Source of the DNA: Candidatus Peregrinibacteria bacterium GW2011_GWF2_43_17
GTDB taxonomy: Bacteria > Patescibacteriota > Gracilibacteria > UBA1369 > UBA12470
DNA: 64,000 nt
Assembly (NCBI GenBank): GCA_000999315.1
Contig: LCFW01000004.1
Coordinates: 5,540-69,539, forward strand
Reading direction: 5' to 3'
Part shown: one piece after another, positions 32,399 through 43,881 of the stretch
Layout: every line of letters begins with the position of its first letter
Numbering within the stretch: position 1 is the first letter of the stretch
Notes under the pieces: model-generated
The model's database searches: none
Seen by the model: only the letters and a program-made list of their open reading frames with translations
What the model was told of the DNA's origin: nothing
Made by a program: the position numbers and the translations under genes

Positions 32399-33413
32399 AA
32401 TTATGAACCTCCTCATTACTTCGGAACCCAATATTCGCTATCTTTCAAACTTCACAGGTTCGAAAGCGATAATTTTACAAACTCCCAAACACAACTATTT
32501 CATAACGGACGCAAGATATTTCGATGAAGCGAAAAAAATCATTCCGCAAGATTTCATATTGGAAAAATACAAAAAAACCGATTTTGAAGATTTTTGGGCG
32601 AAAACTTTAAAAAAACATCATATCAAAGAGCTTTTTTTCGAAGCGGATCATCTCACCTACTCCGCACTCAAGAAATGGAAAGAAATCTCTCGCCCGACAA
32701 AACTCCTGCCGCAATCGGGAGGAATCGAAAAACTTCGCGCGATCAAAAAAGCGGAAGAGATAGCCCTGATCACCCACTCCCAACGCATCAATGAACAAAT
32801 TTTTTACTCAATCATCAAACTGCTCAAGCCGGGAATAAAAGAGTCCGAAATCGCATGGAGAATTCACGAAATTGGCCGCGATTTATCATTTGAACCGATA
32901 ATCGCTTTCGGCAAAAATTCGGGAATCCCGCACCACCAAAGCGACAACACCCGCCTTAAAAAAGGCGACGTCGTATTAATAGACATGGGAGTAAAATACA
33001 AAGGCTATTGTTCGGATATGACCAGAACGCTTTTCACCAAAACTCCAACTCAATTTGAAGCAAAAATATACGAAACCGTACTTGAAACGCAAAACAAAGC
33101 CGTCTCCAAAATAAAACCCGGCATAACGGGTCACAAAACATGGTCCGCCGCCACACAAATATTCAAGAAGAACGGCTATCTCGAAAATTTCACCCACGGT
33201 CTCGGTCACGGAGTCGGCCTCCAAATCCACGAATCCCCCAATCTTGCCGAAAAATCGAAAGACAAATTAAAAGAAGGCATGATAATCACTCTGGAACCGG
33301 GTATTTATATCGAAGGAAAATTCGGCGTAAGAATCGAAGATATGGGAATTGTAACAAAAGATGGATTTAAAAATCTAACAAAAGTGGATAAAAAACCGAT
33401 CGTATTGCCATAA
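32391..33413 (+). CDS. pepP: M24-family Xaa-Pro aminopeptidase
   Basis: Metal-ligand pattern DMG...YCSDMTR...HGLGHGVGLQIHE...LEPG..IE...VRIED. Confidence 0.85.
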   Translation: MNKIMNLLITSEPNIRYLSNFTGSKAIILQTPKHNYFITDARYFDEAKKIIPQDFILEKYKKTDFEDFWAKTLKKHHIKELFFEADHLTYSALKKWKEISRPTKLLPQSGGIEKLRAIKKAEEIALITHSQRINEQIFYSIIKLLKPGIKESEIAWRIHEIGRDLSFEPIIAFGKNSGIPHHQSDNTRLKKGDVVLIDMGVKYKGYCSDMTRTLFTKTPTQFEAKIYETVLETQNKAVSKIKPGITGHKTWSAATQIFKKNGYLENFTHGLGHGVGLQIHESPNLAEKSKDKLKEGMIITLEPGIYIEGKFGVRIEDMGIVTKDGFKNLTKVDKKPIVLP

Positions 33414-33481
33414 TCAATAGCTACTGGACTCCCCCCCCTATCTATACTAAACTTCTACAGTCTACTATCTACTATCTTCCC

Positions 33482-35260
33482 ATGTGCGGAATATTTGCCT
33501 ACTTAGGTCCAAAATCAAACTCGGCGCAAATTGTCCTCGAAGGACTTAAAAAACTCGAGTATCGCGGATACGACTCTTGGGGAATCGCATGCAGAAGGGA
33601 TTCCGGCGAAATCGTAATCGAAAAACACACGGGCAAAATTTCAGACGTTTCAAGTTTAAAAAAAGAGTTAACCGAAGAACCGGCACACATCGCAATCGGC
33701 CACTCAAGATGGGCGACCCACGGCGGCGTAACAGATATGAACGCACACCCGCACGCAAGCGAAGAAAAAGAAATAGTAATCGCACACAACGGAATTTTGG
33801 AAAACTACGAATCGCTCAAGAAAGATTTAATCGAAAAAGGTCATAAATTCGTCTCCGAAACCGATACGGAAGTTTTCGCACATCTGATTCAGGAAAACAT
33901 CGGCGAAGGATTTGAACAAGCTTTCAAAATCGCCCTCTCGAAAGGAGCCGGTCGTTATGCACTCATAGCCATCTCCAAAAACGAAGAAAAAATTCTAGCG
34001 GCTCGCAGAGGCTCACCACTGATCGTCGGCACCGGATCAGACGAATACTTCATCGCATCAGATATCCCCGCCTTCCTCAAATACACCAAAAAAGTGATGT
34101 ATTTGGATGATGATCAAATGGTTTCACTTGCAAAAGATGGAATCACATTCACCGACCTCAAAACAGACAAGAAAATAGAAAAACGCACGATAATAATAGA
34201 CTGGGATGAAAAAAGCGCGGAAAAAGGCGAATTCAAACACTTCATGCTAAAAGAGATAATGGAACAAAAGATGACCCTCACCCGAGCGATCAACCAAGAC
34301 GAAGAGAAAATCCTCGAAGTGGCGCAAGCGATAAAAACCGCTTACGGAACTTATATCGTAGGTTGCGGCACAGCCGGGAAAGTCGGCATGGTCGGAACAT
34401 ATCTTTTCTCGCATATCGCGCAAAAACACATCAACTTCATGTTCGGCTCGGAATTCTCAAGTTTTCTCCCGTTCATGAAAGATAAATCGCTCATGATCGC
34501 CATCTCGCAAAGCGGCGAGACGGCCGACACGCTTGAAGCTATCGAAGAGGCAAAGAAAAAAGGCGTGAAAATCGTCTCGATCGTCAACGTCGAAACTTCC
34601 ACGATGGCTCGCATCTCCGACATCGTAATCCCAATAAAAGCGGGTCCGGAAAAAGCTGTCGCCTCAACAAAAGCGACAACTTCTCAACTAGCGATTCTCA
34701 CTCTGCTCGCCTACGCGTGCGCCGGGAAACTCGACGAAGGCAAGCGCCTACTTGTCGCAACAGCAAGCCAAATCAACGACATGCTTAATCCGCGCTACGA
34801 AAATTACATCCGTGAAATCGCCGAGAAAATCCAAAACGTAGAAAGCATGTACATAATCGGTAAAGACTTAAACTATCCAATCGCCATGGAGTCAGCAATC
34901 AAACTTCAAGAAGTTTCGTACATCCACGCCGAAGGTTTCGCCGGAGGCGAACTCAAACACGGCCCAATCGCACTAATATCAAAAGGTACGCCTTGTATCG
35001 CAATCGTCGCCAATGACGAAACAAAAGCGGGAATAATTTCGAACGCAACGGAAATAAAAGCCCGCGGCGGTTACATCATCGGAGTCTCACCCGAGAACAA
35101 CTCTGTTTTCGATTTCTGGATAAAAGTCCCGGACGCCGGAATGGCATCTCCGATAGTCTCAATCATCCCAATCCAAATACTCGCTTACCAACTCGCCGTT
35201 TTACGCCAAAACAATCCCGATATGCCAAGAAATCTGGCGAAAAGTGTAACGGTTAAATAA
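33482..35260 (+). CDS. glmS: Glutamine--fructose-6-phosphate aminotransferase
   Basis: MCGIFAY (Ntn Cys), HSRWATHG, two SIS domains (SQSGETADT) and the C-terminal LAKSVTVK-type end. Confidence 0.95.
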   Translation: MCGIFAYLGPKSNSAQIVLEGLKKLEYRGYDSWGIACRRDSGEIVIEKHTGKISDVSSLKKELTEEPAHIAIGHSRWATHGGVTDMNAHPHASEEKEIVIAHNGILENYESLKKDLIEKGHKFVSETDTEVFAHLIQENIGEGFEQAFKIALSKGAGRYALIAISKNEEKILAARRGSPLIVGTGSDEYFIASDIPAFLKYTKKVMYLDDDQMVSLAKDGITFTDLKTDKKIEKRTIIIDWDEKSAEKGEFKHFMLKEIMEQKMTLTRAINQDEEKILEVAQAIKTAYGTYIVGCGTAGKVGMVGTYLFSHIAQKHINFMFGSEFSSFLPFMKDKSLMIAISQSGETADTLEAIEEAKKKGVKIVSIVNVETSTMARISDIVIPIKAGPEKAVASTKATTSQLAILTLLAYACAGKLDEGKRLLVATASQINDMLNPRYENYIREIAEKIQNVESMYIIGKDLNYPIAMESAIKLQEVSYIHAEGFAGGELKHGPIALISKGTPCIAIVANDETKAGIISNATEIKARGGYIIGVSPENNSVFDFWIKVPDAGMASPIVSIIPIQILAYQLAVLRQNNPDMPRNLAKSVTVK

Positions 35261-36092
35261 ACACCCTGAGATTTTTGCTTCGTTTTTCATGCCTCAATTT
35301 ACGCAAAGCCTTCATTTCTATTTGACGAATCCTTTCACGAGTCAAATGAAACCGCTTCCCTATTTCCTCAAGAGAATATGTACACGGCTCGCCTATCCCA
35401 AACCGCAACTTCGTAACGGTTTCTTCCACCGGCGTAAGCTTCGACAAAGCTTCCTCAAGATTACCTCTCAACTCCGCTTGCGTGGAATCCAAATCAACCT
35501 TTCCCGCATCCGAATCTTCAACAAAATCTCCAACCGTATTCCGACCACCCTCTTCCATAGGCGCATCAAGAAACACGACCCCGCGATCCCATACCATAAA
35601 CTGACTAACCTCATCCGCCTCCATCTCAAGCTTGTCGGCGATCTCCTTATTGGTCGGCTCTCGTCTCAAATTTCGACATAACTCTTCCCGCGCCCGATAA
35701 ATCTTATTAACAACTTCAAGTTTATATGGAGGTATTCTAATGTGCCTCGCTTGCGACTCGATAGCCCTCACGATTGTCTGACGAATCCACCAAGTCGCAT
35801 AAGTTGAGAATTTCACGCCCCTTCTATAATCAAATTTTGTCACAGCTCTAATCAAACCTAAATTCCCCTCCTGAATAAGATCGGTCAACGGCAATCTGCG
35901 ACCGATATATTTTTTCGCAATACTGACAACCAATCTCAAATTCGCATTAATCAAAATTTGTTTGGCTATTTCCGCATCCGGTCCACCCGCCGCAATTCTG
36001 CGCGCAACTTCAATTTCATCCTCACGATTTAAACGAGAAACTTGTCCCATATTCCGCAAATACCTATTAAGCACCATCTCACCGTTTCTCAT
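35253..36092 (-). CDS. Sigma-70 family RNA polymerase sigma factor (second, short RpoD-like paralogue)
   Basis: Regions 2-4 are present: [40 protein letters not shown], and the region 4 motif [10 protein letters not shown]. At 279 aa it has no region 1.1. Confidence 0.85.
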   Translation of the reverse strand: MRNGEMVLNRYLRNMGQVSRLNREDEIEVARRIAAGGPDAEIAKQILINANLRLVVSIAKKYIGRRLPLTDLIQEGNLGLIRAVTKFDYRRGVKFSTYATWWIRQTIVRAIESQARHIRIPPYKLEVVNKIYRAREELCRNLRREPTNKEIADKLEMEADEVSQFMVWDRGVVFLDAPMEEGGRNTVGDFVEDSDAGKVDLDSTQAELRGNLEEALSKLTPVEETVTKLRFGIGEPCTYSLEEIGKRFHLTRERIRQIEMKALRKLRHEKRSKNLRVFI

Positions 36093-36152
36093 TTGTTCAA
36101 ATTTACTTTTGGCGCTAAACTTACGTCAACAAACATAAAAAATCAATCCGTA

Positions 36153-37556
36153 ATGCCACAACGCACCAAAATAGTCGCGACACTCGGTCCGGCATCCGAT
36201 AACCTATACACATTGGAACGCATGCTCCAAGCCGGCATGGATTTGGCAAGATTGAATTTTTCACACGGATCATATGAGAATTTCTCTCAAATTATTAAAA
36301 ATTTGCGTCTCGCCGCAACAAAAACCGGCAAAAACATCGCCATCCTCCAAGATCTGCAAGGCCCGAAAATAAGAGTCGGCAAACTACCAAACGAAGGATT
36401 TAAAATCGAAAAAGGACAAAAAATAATCCTATCCGTATCGCCAAAAAAAAACGAAATCCCCATCCAATATAAAAAACTCCCAAAAGAAGTAAAAAAAGGC
36501 GACATCATCTTAATTGACGACGGCCTAATCGAACTTCAAGTTCTCTCGACAACAGATAAGACCATAACGACAAGAGCCCTCAACAAAGGGATTATAACAA
36601 GCAATAAAGGCATCAATATCCCGGGCTGTAAATTGAACGCGGACTCTTTAACAAAAAAAGATTTAAACGATCTGAGATTCGGGATAAAAGAAGGTGTGGA
36701 TTACGTCGCCCTCTCTTTCGTCAAATCAAAAGAAGATATATTGAACCTTCGCAAAAAAATTGAAAAACTTAACTCAAACGGCCCAAAAATAATCGCGAAA
36801 ATCGAACGTAAAGAAGCCATCGAAAATCTACGAGAAATTATCGAAGTATCGGACGGGATAATGGTCGCACGAGGAGACCTCGGATTAGAGGTGCCGGCCG
36901 AAATGGTCCCGATTTATCAAAAAGAGATTATTCATCTTTGCAACGAACAGGCGAAGCCGGTCATCGTGGCAACTCACGTCCTGCAATCGATGATAGAGTC
37001 ACCACGCCCGACAAGAGCGGAAATATCCGATGCGGCAAATGCAATCTTTGATCGTGCCGATGCCTTCATGCTCTCAAATGAAACCGCGGTAGGCAAATAC
37101 CCGCTAAAAGCTGTTCGAACACTTGCAGACGTCGGTCGAGCCGTCGAAAACGAGCTCAAAAAACGACCTTTCCTCCTGACACCTCTCCACGAAAACAAAC
37201 ACCTTTCAATAACCGACGCCTCCTGTTTAAACGCAATCAACCTCGCCGAAAACATCAAAGCAAACCATTTGGTGCTTTTAACCGAAAAAGGTTACACCGC
37301 CCGCCAAATCGCCAAATATCGCCCAATGACGGAATTAATCGCGATAACAACAAGCGAAAAAACCAAAAGAGAATTGGCTTTGATTTGGGGCATAAACAAA
37401 ATTCTGATATCCGACTCTTCAATCAAAAACGAATCCGGACTGGAAACCGCAACGATAAAACTGCTCAAAAAGAACCGCCTCATAAAACCGGGCGACAAAA
37501 TCGTCATCATCAGCGCAAACAAAGATAGAAAATTGCTTTCGAGCGTAAAAGTCTAA
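36153..37556 (+). CDS. pyk: Pyruvate kinase
   Basis: MPQRTKIVATLGPAS, ARLNFSHG, LQDLQGPKIR, MVARGDLG and ATHVLQSM motifs. The start was chosen at the ATG that gives the canonical N-terminus. Confidence 0.92.
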   Translation: MPQRTKIVATLGPASDNLYTLERMLQAGMDLARLNFSHGSYENFSQIIKNLRLAATKTGKNIAILQDLQGPKIRVGKLPNEGFKIEKGQKIILSVSPKKNEIPIQYKKLPKEVKKGDIILIDDGLIELQVLSTTDKTITTRALNKGIITSNKGINIPGCKLNADSLTKKDLNDLRFGIKEGVDYVALSFVKSKEDILNLRKKIEKLNSNGPKIIAKIERKEAIENLREIIEVSDGIMVARGDLGLEVPAEMVPIYQKEIIHLCNEQAKPVIVATHVLQSMIESPRPTRAEISDAANAIFDRADAFMLSNETAVGKYPLKAVRTLADVGRAVENELKKRPFLLTPLHENKHLSITDASCLNAINLAENIKANHLVLLTEKGYTARQIAKYRPMTELIAITTSEKTKRELALIWGINKILISDSSIKNESGLETATIKLLKKNRLIKPGDKIVIISANKDRKLLSSVKV

Positions 37557-37560
37557 CACT

Positions 37561-38046
37561 ATGACAGACTGCATTTTGGGAATAGACCCCGGAACCGCAA
37601 CAACAGGTTACGCGATCATCAAATACGATGGAGACAATTTGGATTTGATAGATTTTGGAATAATCAAAACCAGCCCGGCGGATAAAAACGCAGACCGCCT
37701 AAAACAGATATGTGACGACATTGAGACTTTGATAAAAAAATTCAAACCCAATCAGTCGGCAATAGAAGAAATCTTCTTCACGAAAAACGTCAAAACTGGA
37801 ATAAAAGTCGCTCAAGCCAGAGGCGCAATCATCGCAACTCTCACGAAACACAATGTCGAAGTCAGCGAATACAAACCGGTCGAAATCAAATCCGCGATAA
37901 CCGGCAACGGCCAAGCCGATAAAAAACAGGTCCAAAAAATGGTTCAAATCATCATGAAAATGAAAATGGAACCGATGCAAGACGACGCGGCAGACGCAAT
38001 CGCAATCGCTATAACTCATGCGTGGCGAAAAAAAGAGTTACTTTGA
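37561..38046 (+). CDS. ruvC: Crossover junction endodeoxyribonuclease RuvC
   Basis: ILGIDPGTATTGYA, EE.FF..N and DAADAIAIA catalytic acidic motifs. Confidence 0.9.
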   Translation: MTDCILGIDPGTATTGYAIIKYDGDNLDLIDFGIIKTSPADKNADRLKQICDDIETLIKKFKPNQSAIEEIFFTKNVKTGIKVAQARGAIIATLTKHNVEVSEYKPVEIKSAITGNGQADKKQVQKMVQIIMKMKMEPMQDDAADAIAIAITHAWRKKELL

Positions 38047-38090
38047 GGAAAAAACACACTATAATCACAAGCGCAAAACAAAAACCCCGC

Positions 38091-39494
38091 ATGAAAAAAA
38101 TCTTCTTCGCACTTCTTGCTTTAATCATAGTCACCGTAGGCTTGGCGGGAGCCTCTATTTTCCTAAATAAAACCGATCTTTGGACCAGCATCTTAAGTCT
38201 AACCCAGGAAGAACCAGAAGAAAATAAAGTAAAAACATCCGAAAATTATGAAAGTTACCTCGCAAAAGGCGACCTGCTTTTTGAAAACGGATATTACACT
38301 CTCGCAATCAACGAATACGCTTCCGCCGCACAAGAGAAACCAGAAGCCGCAGAACCATACAATCTGATCGGCAACACATATCTCGAACTTAGAAATTACG
38401 AAAAATCCCTATCGAATTTCCAAATATCCTTGGAAAAATCATCCGAAAATATCAACGCGGTTATCGGAATGGCAAAAAGCTATTTCCATTTAAGCCAATT
38501 CGACACGGCAAGAAATTTCCTCGACTCATCCAACCTGGCCGAAAACCCGGAAGTAAAATATTATCTCGCAATGCTTTACGCATACGAAGGAGAATACGAT
38601 AGAAGCAAAGAAACTTTTACAAAAGTAACAGAAGAGACCGACATAACCAGCGAACTCGCCGCAAACAGCCAGAAATTCTTAGACTCATACACAACTTACG
38701 ACGCGCAACTGGGAGGTCAAGAAAGCCACCTCCGCACATTGATAGCCGAAGCTTGCACCAAAGTCTCTCAAGACGAACTCGCAATCACAATCCTTTACCA
38801 AGTTTTAAGCCAAACCCCAACATACAGAGACGCCTGGATCCTTCTCGGATACGCTTATTTGAATCTCGAAAAATACGAAGACTCAGCATCCGCATTCGAA
38901 GAAGCAATCGAACTCGACACAACCAAGCCGGAAACCAACTACTTCTTGGCACTCGCCTATCTTGGACAAGACAGATACGAAGAAGCAATAACATATCTTG
39001 AACTTGCACTTGTTTACGGATTCGAACCACAAGTTCAGGTTTATCAAAAACTCGCAGAAACATACTTCCTGATTCCGGATTACGAACTCGCAACTCGCAA
39101 CTACGAAAAAGTCCTCGACCTCAACGATACAGACGTAAATTATTTCGTAAGACCGATTTGGCTAAACATGGAAAAACTCGGCAACATCGACAAAGCACTT
39201 GAACTGGCAAAGTGGGCACTTTCATCCCACCCAGACGAAGCTATGAGCTACAACTTAATGGGTTGGGCAATGATAAGCGCACAAGATTACGAAGAAGCAC
39301 GCACCTATCTGGAAGACGCACTTTCAATGGATGATGATCTCGCCGCCGCCTACTTAAACCTCGGCACAATAGACGAAATCGAAGGGGACCTCGAATCTGC
39401 AAAAGAAAACTATAAACAAGCTTACACTCTCGACCAAAACGATTCTGTCGGAGCGTTAGCCGCAGAAAAATACAACAACCTGTTAAACCAATGA
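38091..39494 (+). CDS. Membrane-anchored TPR-repeat protein
   Basis: N-terminal TM helix (IFFALLALIIVTVGLAGASIF) followed by repeated A..Y...G..Y....Y..A...F..AL TPR units. The ATG at 38091 is preferred to the upstream GTG, which lies inside ruvC. Confidence 0.7.
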   Translation: MKKIFFALLALIIVTVGLAGASIFLNKTDLWTSILSLTQEEPEENKVKTSENYESYLAKGDLLFENGYYTLAINEYASAAQEKPEAAEPYNLIGNTYLELRNYEKSLSNFQISLEKSSENINAVIGMAKSYFHLSQFDTARNFLDSSNLAENPEVKYYLAMLYAYEGEYDRSKETFTKVTEETDITSELAANSQKFLDSYTTYDAQLGGQESHLRTLIAEACTKVSQDELAITILYQVLSQTPTYRDAWILLGYAYLNLEKYEDSASAFEEAIELDTTKPETNYFLALAYLGQDRYEEAITYLELALVYGFEPQVQVYQKLAETYFLIPDYELATRNYEKVLDLNDTDVNYFVRPIWLNMEKLGNIDKALELAKWALSSHPDEAMSYNLMGWAMISAQDYEEARTYLEDALSMDDDLAAAYLNLGTIDEIEGDLESAKENYKQAYTLDQNDSVGALAAEKYNNLLNQ

Positions 39495-40276
39495 CAGAAA
39501 TAAAAACGCTGATCTTCCCTCTTGTCCTTGCGATAGGCATATCGTTCGGAAGTTTTTTAACCATGCTAATCCCAAGAATATACGAAAAAGAAAGCGGTAT
39601 ATTCCTCGGCCGGTCACACTGTAGATTTTGCAAAAAAACACTTCGCGCAAGAGACTTGATCCCAATCGCAAGTTACTTAATCAACAGAGGCAAATGCGCC
39701 TTTTGCAAAGAAAAAATCAGCACCCTGTACCCAACAATCGAAATTTCAACAGCAATAATGTTCGCTCTCATATACACAAAATTCCCATTCGAAAACATCT
39801 CTGGGATTCCACTAACAGCGTTTTACCTAACAATCTCATTCGCTCTGATATTTACGTTTTTTTACGACATCAAATATCTGGAAATCTCGGATATAATTCT
39901 CCTGCCGGCAATCGCCCTCGGTTTGATAAAATCTTTCGTCACCGACTCGCCAAGTTTTGAATCGGCATTAATCGGCGGACTCATCGGCATTTCTTTCTTT
40001 TTGATTCAAATCCTTCTTTCAAAAGGCAAATGGGTCGGCGCTGGAGACATCCGAATCGGAGCTTTAATGGGCATACTTTTGGGATGGCAAATGACGCTCA
40101 CTGCACTGGTGATAAGTTACGTCATAGGCTCAATCGTCAGCATCGGACTTTTGGCCGCAAAACAGAAGGAAATCGGTGGTAAAATCGCCCTCGGTCCGTT
40201 CCTCGTAAGTGGCACTTTCATCACACTCTTTTTTGGAGAAAATATTATCAATTGGTATTTAAATTTATTTTTATGA
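39491..40276 (+). CDS. pilD: Prepilin (type IV leader) peptidase, A24 family
   Basis: CRFCKKTL....CAFCKEKIS zinc-knuckle region, multiple TM helices, and catalytic Asp contexts (ISD; GAGDIRIGALMG). Confidence 0.85.
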   Translation: MTEIKTLIFPLVLAIGISFGSFLTMLIPRIYEKESGIFLGRSHCRFCKKTLRARDLIPIASYLINRGKCAFCKEKISTLYPTIEISTAIMFALIYTKFPFENISGIPLTAFYLTISFALIFTFFYDIKYLEISDIILLPAIALGLIKSFVTDSPSFESALIGGLIGISFFLIQILLSKGKWVGAGDIRIGALMGILLGWQMTLTALVISYVIGSIVSIGLLAAKQKEIGGKIALGPFLVSGTFITLFFGENIINWYLNLFL

Positions 40277-41742
40277 ATAATCGCGCACTTTTGGTCATTC
40301 TCGACGGTTTCGGATATGGCAAAAAATATCCGGGAAACGCAATTGAACTCGCGGATATGAAATTTGAAAAATCGCTACGCAAAAAATATCCGACGACAAC
40401 ACTAAAAGCCAACGGAGAAGCTGTCGGCTTGCCAAAAGGCTCAATGGGAGGAAGCGAAGTCGGCCATTTCACAATGGGAGCCGGAAGAGTCGTTTGGCAA
40501 TCTTTGGAACACATAAATCAAGAGATTAAAAACGGCAAATTCGCCAAGAACGAAGCAATACTGAAAGCAATCAAAAACGCTAAAAAACACAAATCCGCAC
40601 TTCACTTGATCGGCATGATTTCAGATGAAGGAGTCCACTCTCACATCAACCACCTTTTCGCATGCCTTGAATTGGCGAAAAAACACGGACTGAACAAAAT
40701 TTTTATACACGCGATAACAGATGGCAGAGATGTCCCCGAGAGGTCAGCTCCAAAATACATAAAAAAGATTTTAAAAAAGAAAATCGGCACACTCGCAACA
40801 ATCGTCGGCAGATACTATGCAATGGACCGAGACACAAATTGGGACAGGACAAAAAAAGCTTTCAACCTATATAAAAAAGGTGACGGATTCGAGGAAACAA
40901 ACCCGATACAAGCGATCAAAAACGCCTACGCACGAGGCGACAAAACGGACTACTACATACAACCGATCATGCTCGCCAAAGAAGGGACCATCAAAACGGA
41001 TGATTCGGTAATCTTTTGGAATTTCAGAACCGACCGCGCCAAGCAACTCACCGAACTTCTCGCAAAAGAAAAAATCGCGCTCACGATCTTCGGCGACTAT
41101 TCGAAAAAAGCTGACATCGCCTTCCATTCAACGGAAGTAAAAAACAACCTCGGCGAAACTTTATCAAAAAACAAAATCCACCAACTCCGCATCGCGGAAA
41201 CAGAAAAATACGCACACGTCACATTCTTCTTTAATTCACAAGTCAAAGACCCCTACCCACTCGAAGCAAGAGTTATGATCCCGTCACCGAAAGTCCCTTC
41301 CTACGCGCAAAAACCCGAAATGAGCGCTCACGCCGTCACGACGCGAGTAATCAAAGAAATTTCACGCGAAAAATACGGATTCATCGCACTCAATTACGCA
41401 AACGCGGATTTAGTCGGCCACTCGGGCGAACTCAAACCGACAATCGAATGTTGCAAACATCTGGACAAATGCCTCTCGGAAGTCGTTCCGCAAGCCCTAA
41501 AACACGGTTACGACATCATTCTCACGGCCGATCACGGCAACGCCGATACAATGCTCGCAAAAGACAACTCCCCCAACCCTGCCCACTCATTCAATCCCGT
41601 CCTTTGCACCATCATCTCAAACAAACCGGAGCTCAAAAAACTCCGCCTAAAAAAAGAACGGGGGCTCTCGGTAATCGGTCCAACCGTTTTGAAAATGCTC
41701 GGAGTGGAAAAACCGAAGGAGATGGGAGAGGGGATCTATTAA
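40273..41742 (+). CDS. gpmI: 2,3-bisphosphoglycerate-independent phosphoglycerate mutase
   Basis: LLVILDGFG, GSEVGHFTMGAGR, SDEGVHSH, TDGRD, NADLVGH and ADHGN motifs. ATGA-type overlap with pilD. Confidence 0.9.
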   Translation: MNNRALLVILDGFGYGKKYPGNAIELADMKFEKSLRKKYPTTTLKANGEAVGLPKGSMGGSEVGHFTMGAGRVVWQSLEHINQEIKNGKFAKNEAILKAIKNAKKHKSALHLIGMISDEGVHSHINHLFACLELAKKHGLNKIFIHAITDGRDVPERSAPKYIKKILKKKIGTLATIVGRYYAMDRDTNWDRTKKAFNLYKKGDGFEETNPIQAIKNAYARGDKTDYYIQPIMLAKEGTIKTDDSVIFWNFRTDRAKQLTELLAKEKIALTIFGDYSKKADIAFHSTEVKNNLGETLSKNKIHQLRIAETEKYAHVTFFFNSQVKDPYPLEARVMIPSPKVPSYAQKPEMSAHAVTTRVIKEISREKYGFIALNYANADLVGHSGELKPTIECCKHLDKCLSEVVPQALKHGYDIILTADHGNADTMLAKDNSPNPAHSFNPVLCTIISNKPELKKLRLKKERGLSVIGPTVLKMLGVEKPKEMGEGIY

Positions 41743-41749
41743 GTTTCAA

Positions 41750-43039
41750 CTAATTCCCCAAACTATTCATAAGCAAATTCTGAGGCGTCTCGATAACAAA
41801 CGTGGGAGCGGTATATCCACCTTGCTTATTTTTATGCGTATTCAGTCTACGAGGCATAATTATAGGGGACTCTCTCCCATTACTTGCCAATTCCTCATAT
41901 ATTACAAATCTAACTTGACCCTGAAATCCCAACTTTCGCAATAAATCCTCCCATTGCGCCGAATTTCTCCTTCTCACATTTCCCTCGGGAGAAACAACAA
42001 CTCTTAAAGGCACATGTTTCTCGTCTGCAATTGCCATCGCTTGACGAATCCTGCTCAAATCAAGTGCAAATATGGAAGCAACGCTTTCTTCCGACTTAGC
42101 TACAACCGGCACGCCCTCGGTATCCACACTTGCACCTTTCCCCTTTCGCCTAATACCACTTGGAATACCAACGGGCAACGCCCTACTCCGTAACACATCG
42201 CCACCTGAATCCCTGACAGTAGGAAGGGCTCTGAATTGAGCATCCAGCCTCTCCATCAATGGCTTAAACCGACCGGCATTTCGCAAATCACGTTCCAAGA
42301 TTTCTATTTCGTCTTCAATAATATGCATCTGGGCAACCAAATGCGTAAGCCTATCCATATATCTATTAAAAACAGTCTGGATATCATGATGCAACGAAGG
42401 ACCACGACGAACACAAGGACTATTCTTTACAATTCTCAACGCATAACGAAGAATAATATGATCAACCTCCTTATCCATAAAATTATCAATCGCATCCAGC
42501 AATTCAGCATACTCGCGATCCCTTCGTTCCAATCCTCTATACAAATTACGCAATCTCTTCTCGTTGCGGCCTACAGTACCAAGAACCGCCCTACATCTTG
42601 ACCTTTGCTCGAATAAAACAGCCCTCAGGTGAGCATCAATATCTTTCGTAACCTCGAGATAACGAGCCTCCAAAACCAAAACAGACTCCGGCTTAGTATA
42701 AAAATAATCGGTACAAGCCTCACCTAACATCTCCCTAACTTTTTCAATAACAGCTTGTTCGTCAGGAATCGGAGATTCCAAAACAGCTCTCGCCCCCATC
42801 ATGGCTATCCATCGCTTCATAACAGGAGTACTTTCAGACCCTTCAGCCTTAGTTATCAACTCTGCAAGATCCGCACTCAAAGGTCTAACTTCAGTCATAA
42901 ATATTTTTACAAGAGGCGTACTATAAACACTTACGCGCCCCTTGTCAAGACCCAGGCCTAAAAAACCACCCCGATTCCCCCCCGGGGAGAAAATGCCAAA
43001 TGGCGCTTCTCGAAAAAACACTATTTCCTTACTCCCCAC
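41750..43039 (-). CDS. Arg-rich hypothetical protein (429 aa from GTG 43039; alternative ATG at 42898)
   Basis: A long open frame that overlaps the PRMT-like gene's 3' end by 19 nt. It has a coiled-coil-like centre, unusually high Arg relative to the Lys-rich neighbours, and GGNRGGF near the putative N-terminus. No known domain was recognised. Confidence 0.6.
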   Translation of the reverse strand: MGSKEIVFFREAPFGIFSPGGNRGGFLGLGLDKGRVSVYSTPLVKIFMTEVRPLSADLAELITKAEGSESTPVMKRWIAMMGARAVLESPIPDEQAVIEKVREMLGEACTDYFYTKPESVLVLEARYLEVTKDIDAHLRAVLFEQRSRCRAVLGTVGRNEKRLRNLYRGLERRDREYAELLDAIDNFMDKEVDHIILRYALRIVKNSPCVRRGPSLHHDIQTVFNRYMDRLTHLVAQMHIIEDEIEILERDLRNAGRFKPLMERLDAQFRALPTVRDSGGDVLRSRALPVGIPSGIRRKGKGASVDTEGVPVVAKSEESVASIFALDLSRIRQAMAIADEKHVPLRVVVSPEGNVRRRNSAQWEDLLRKLGFQGQVRFVIYEELASNGRESPIIMPRRLNTHKNKQGGYTAPTFVIETPQNLLMNSLGN

Positions 43040-43881
43040 CTCACATCCACCCCAACCGAATACCTGGTATCCGACTTTATCTCAACAGATACGGTCTCGC
43101 CTTTTTTCGCCACAATCGGCTTCTTTAGAGGCAAAAATATCTGCTCCCAATGAGTCGCTTTCGCAAAAGGACTCGTACTGATTTTCACACCGGGCACAAG
43201 TTCGCAATCCCACCACAACACAAACCCGTAAATTTTCGCATCTTTGGCAATCTTAAACGACCCACTCCCACTCCTCACGCTCTTATTTTTCACCCTGAAA
43301 TCAACCTCATCCCACACAACCCCATCACCCATCACCTCATCCCCCTTGACCGTTTTCACATACATACTACTGCACGCCACCTCTTTAATTTTTGAAAAAT
43401 TCACCCCGTATCCAACCTCATTCCACACATTTATTTCATCAAAAACTCTCGCACTTAAAACAGGCGCCACGAAATAAGTAAGTTTCTGCGGAATCACAAC
43501 TCCGCCCTTCTTCAAAAAACGTTTCGCGTCATTCATCACCTCTATAATATGTTCCTCATAAGCGAAATTTCCCAGAGTCTCCGAAACAACAATATCCGTC
43601 TTCACAGGATTCATCATCTCCGTACTGTAAGTTTCATAAAAACTGCACCCCTTCACCCCGCTATCTTTTGCGATTTTTTTACTCAAAAGCAGCATCGGCG
43701 TCTCGCTCTCGTAAAGATGACACTCCCTCGCCCCCAGCTTCGCCGCCAAAAAACTCAAAAAACCCGTCCCCGACCCGATATCCGAAACCGTACTCCCCTT
43801 CTTAACAACTCTTTTCAAAGCCTCATAAAAAGCCTGATTCCTCCCCTTGTCCCCAATCAACTTTTGCTGAAATTCAATCAT
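43021..43881 (-). CDS. Protein arginine N-methyltransferase (PRMT)-like class I SAM methyltransferase
   Basis: Motif I VSDIGSGTGFLSFLAAKLGA, post-I acidic residue (HLYE), double-E-loop-like DIVVSETLGNFAYEEH, motif III FLKKGGVVIP, and a THW loop (ATHWEQIFLPL) inside a C-terminal beta-barrel-like half. ATG at 43881. Confidence 0.75.
   Translation of the reverse strand: MIEFQQKLIGDKGRNQAFYEALKRVVKKGSTVSDIGSGTGFLSFLAAKLGARECHLYESETPMLLLSKKIAKDSGVKGCSFYETYSTEMMNPVKTDIVVSETLGNFAYEEHIIEVMNDAKRFLKKGGVVIPQKLTYFVAPVLSARVFDEINVWNEVGYGVNFSKIKEVACSSMYVKTVKGDEVMGDGVVWDEVDFRVKNKSVRSGSGSFKIAKDAKIYGFVLWWDCELVPGVKISTSPFAKATHWEQIFLPLKKPIVAKKGETVSVEIKSDTRYSVGVDVRWGVRK

Noticed and set aside
33414-33481. Possible glmS ribozyme upstream of glmS
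   Set aside because: The intergenic space is only 68 nt, far shorter than the glmS ribozyme of about 170 nt, and it shows none of the conserved core. It contains only a short CTACTAT tandem repeat.
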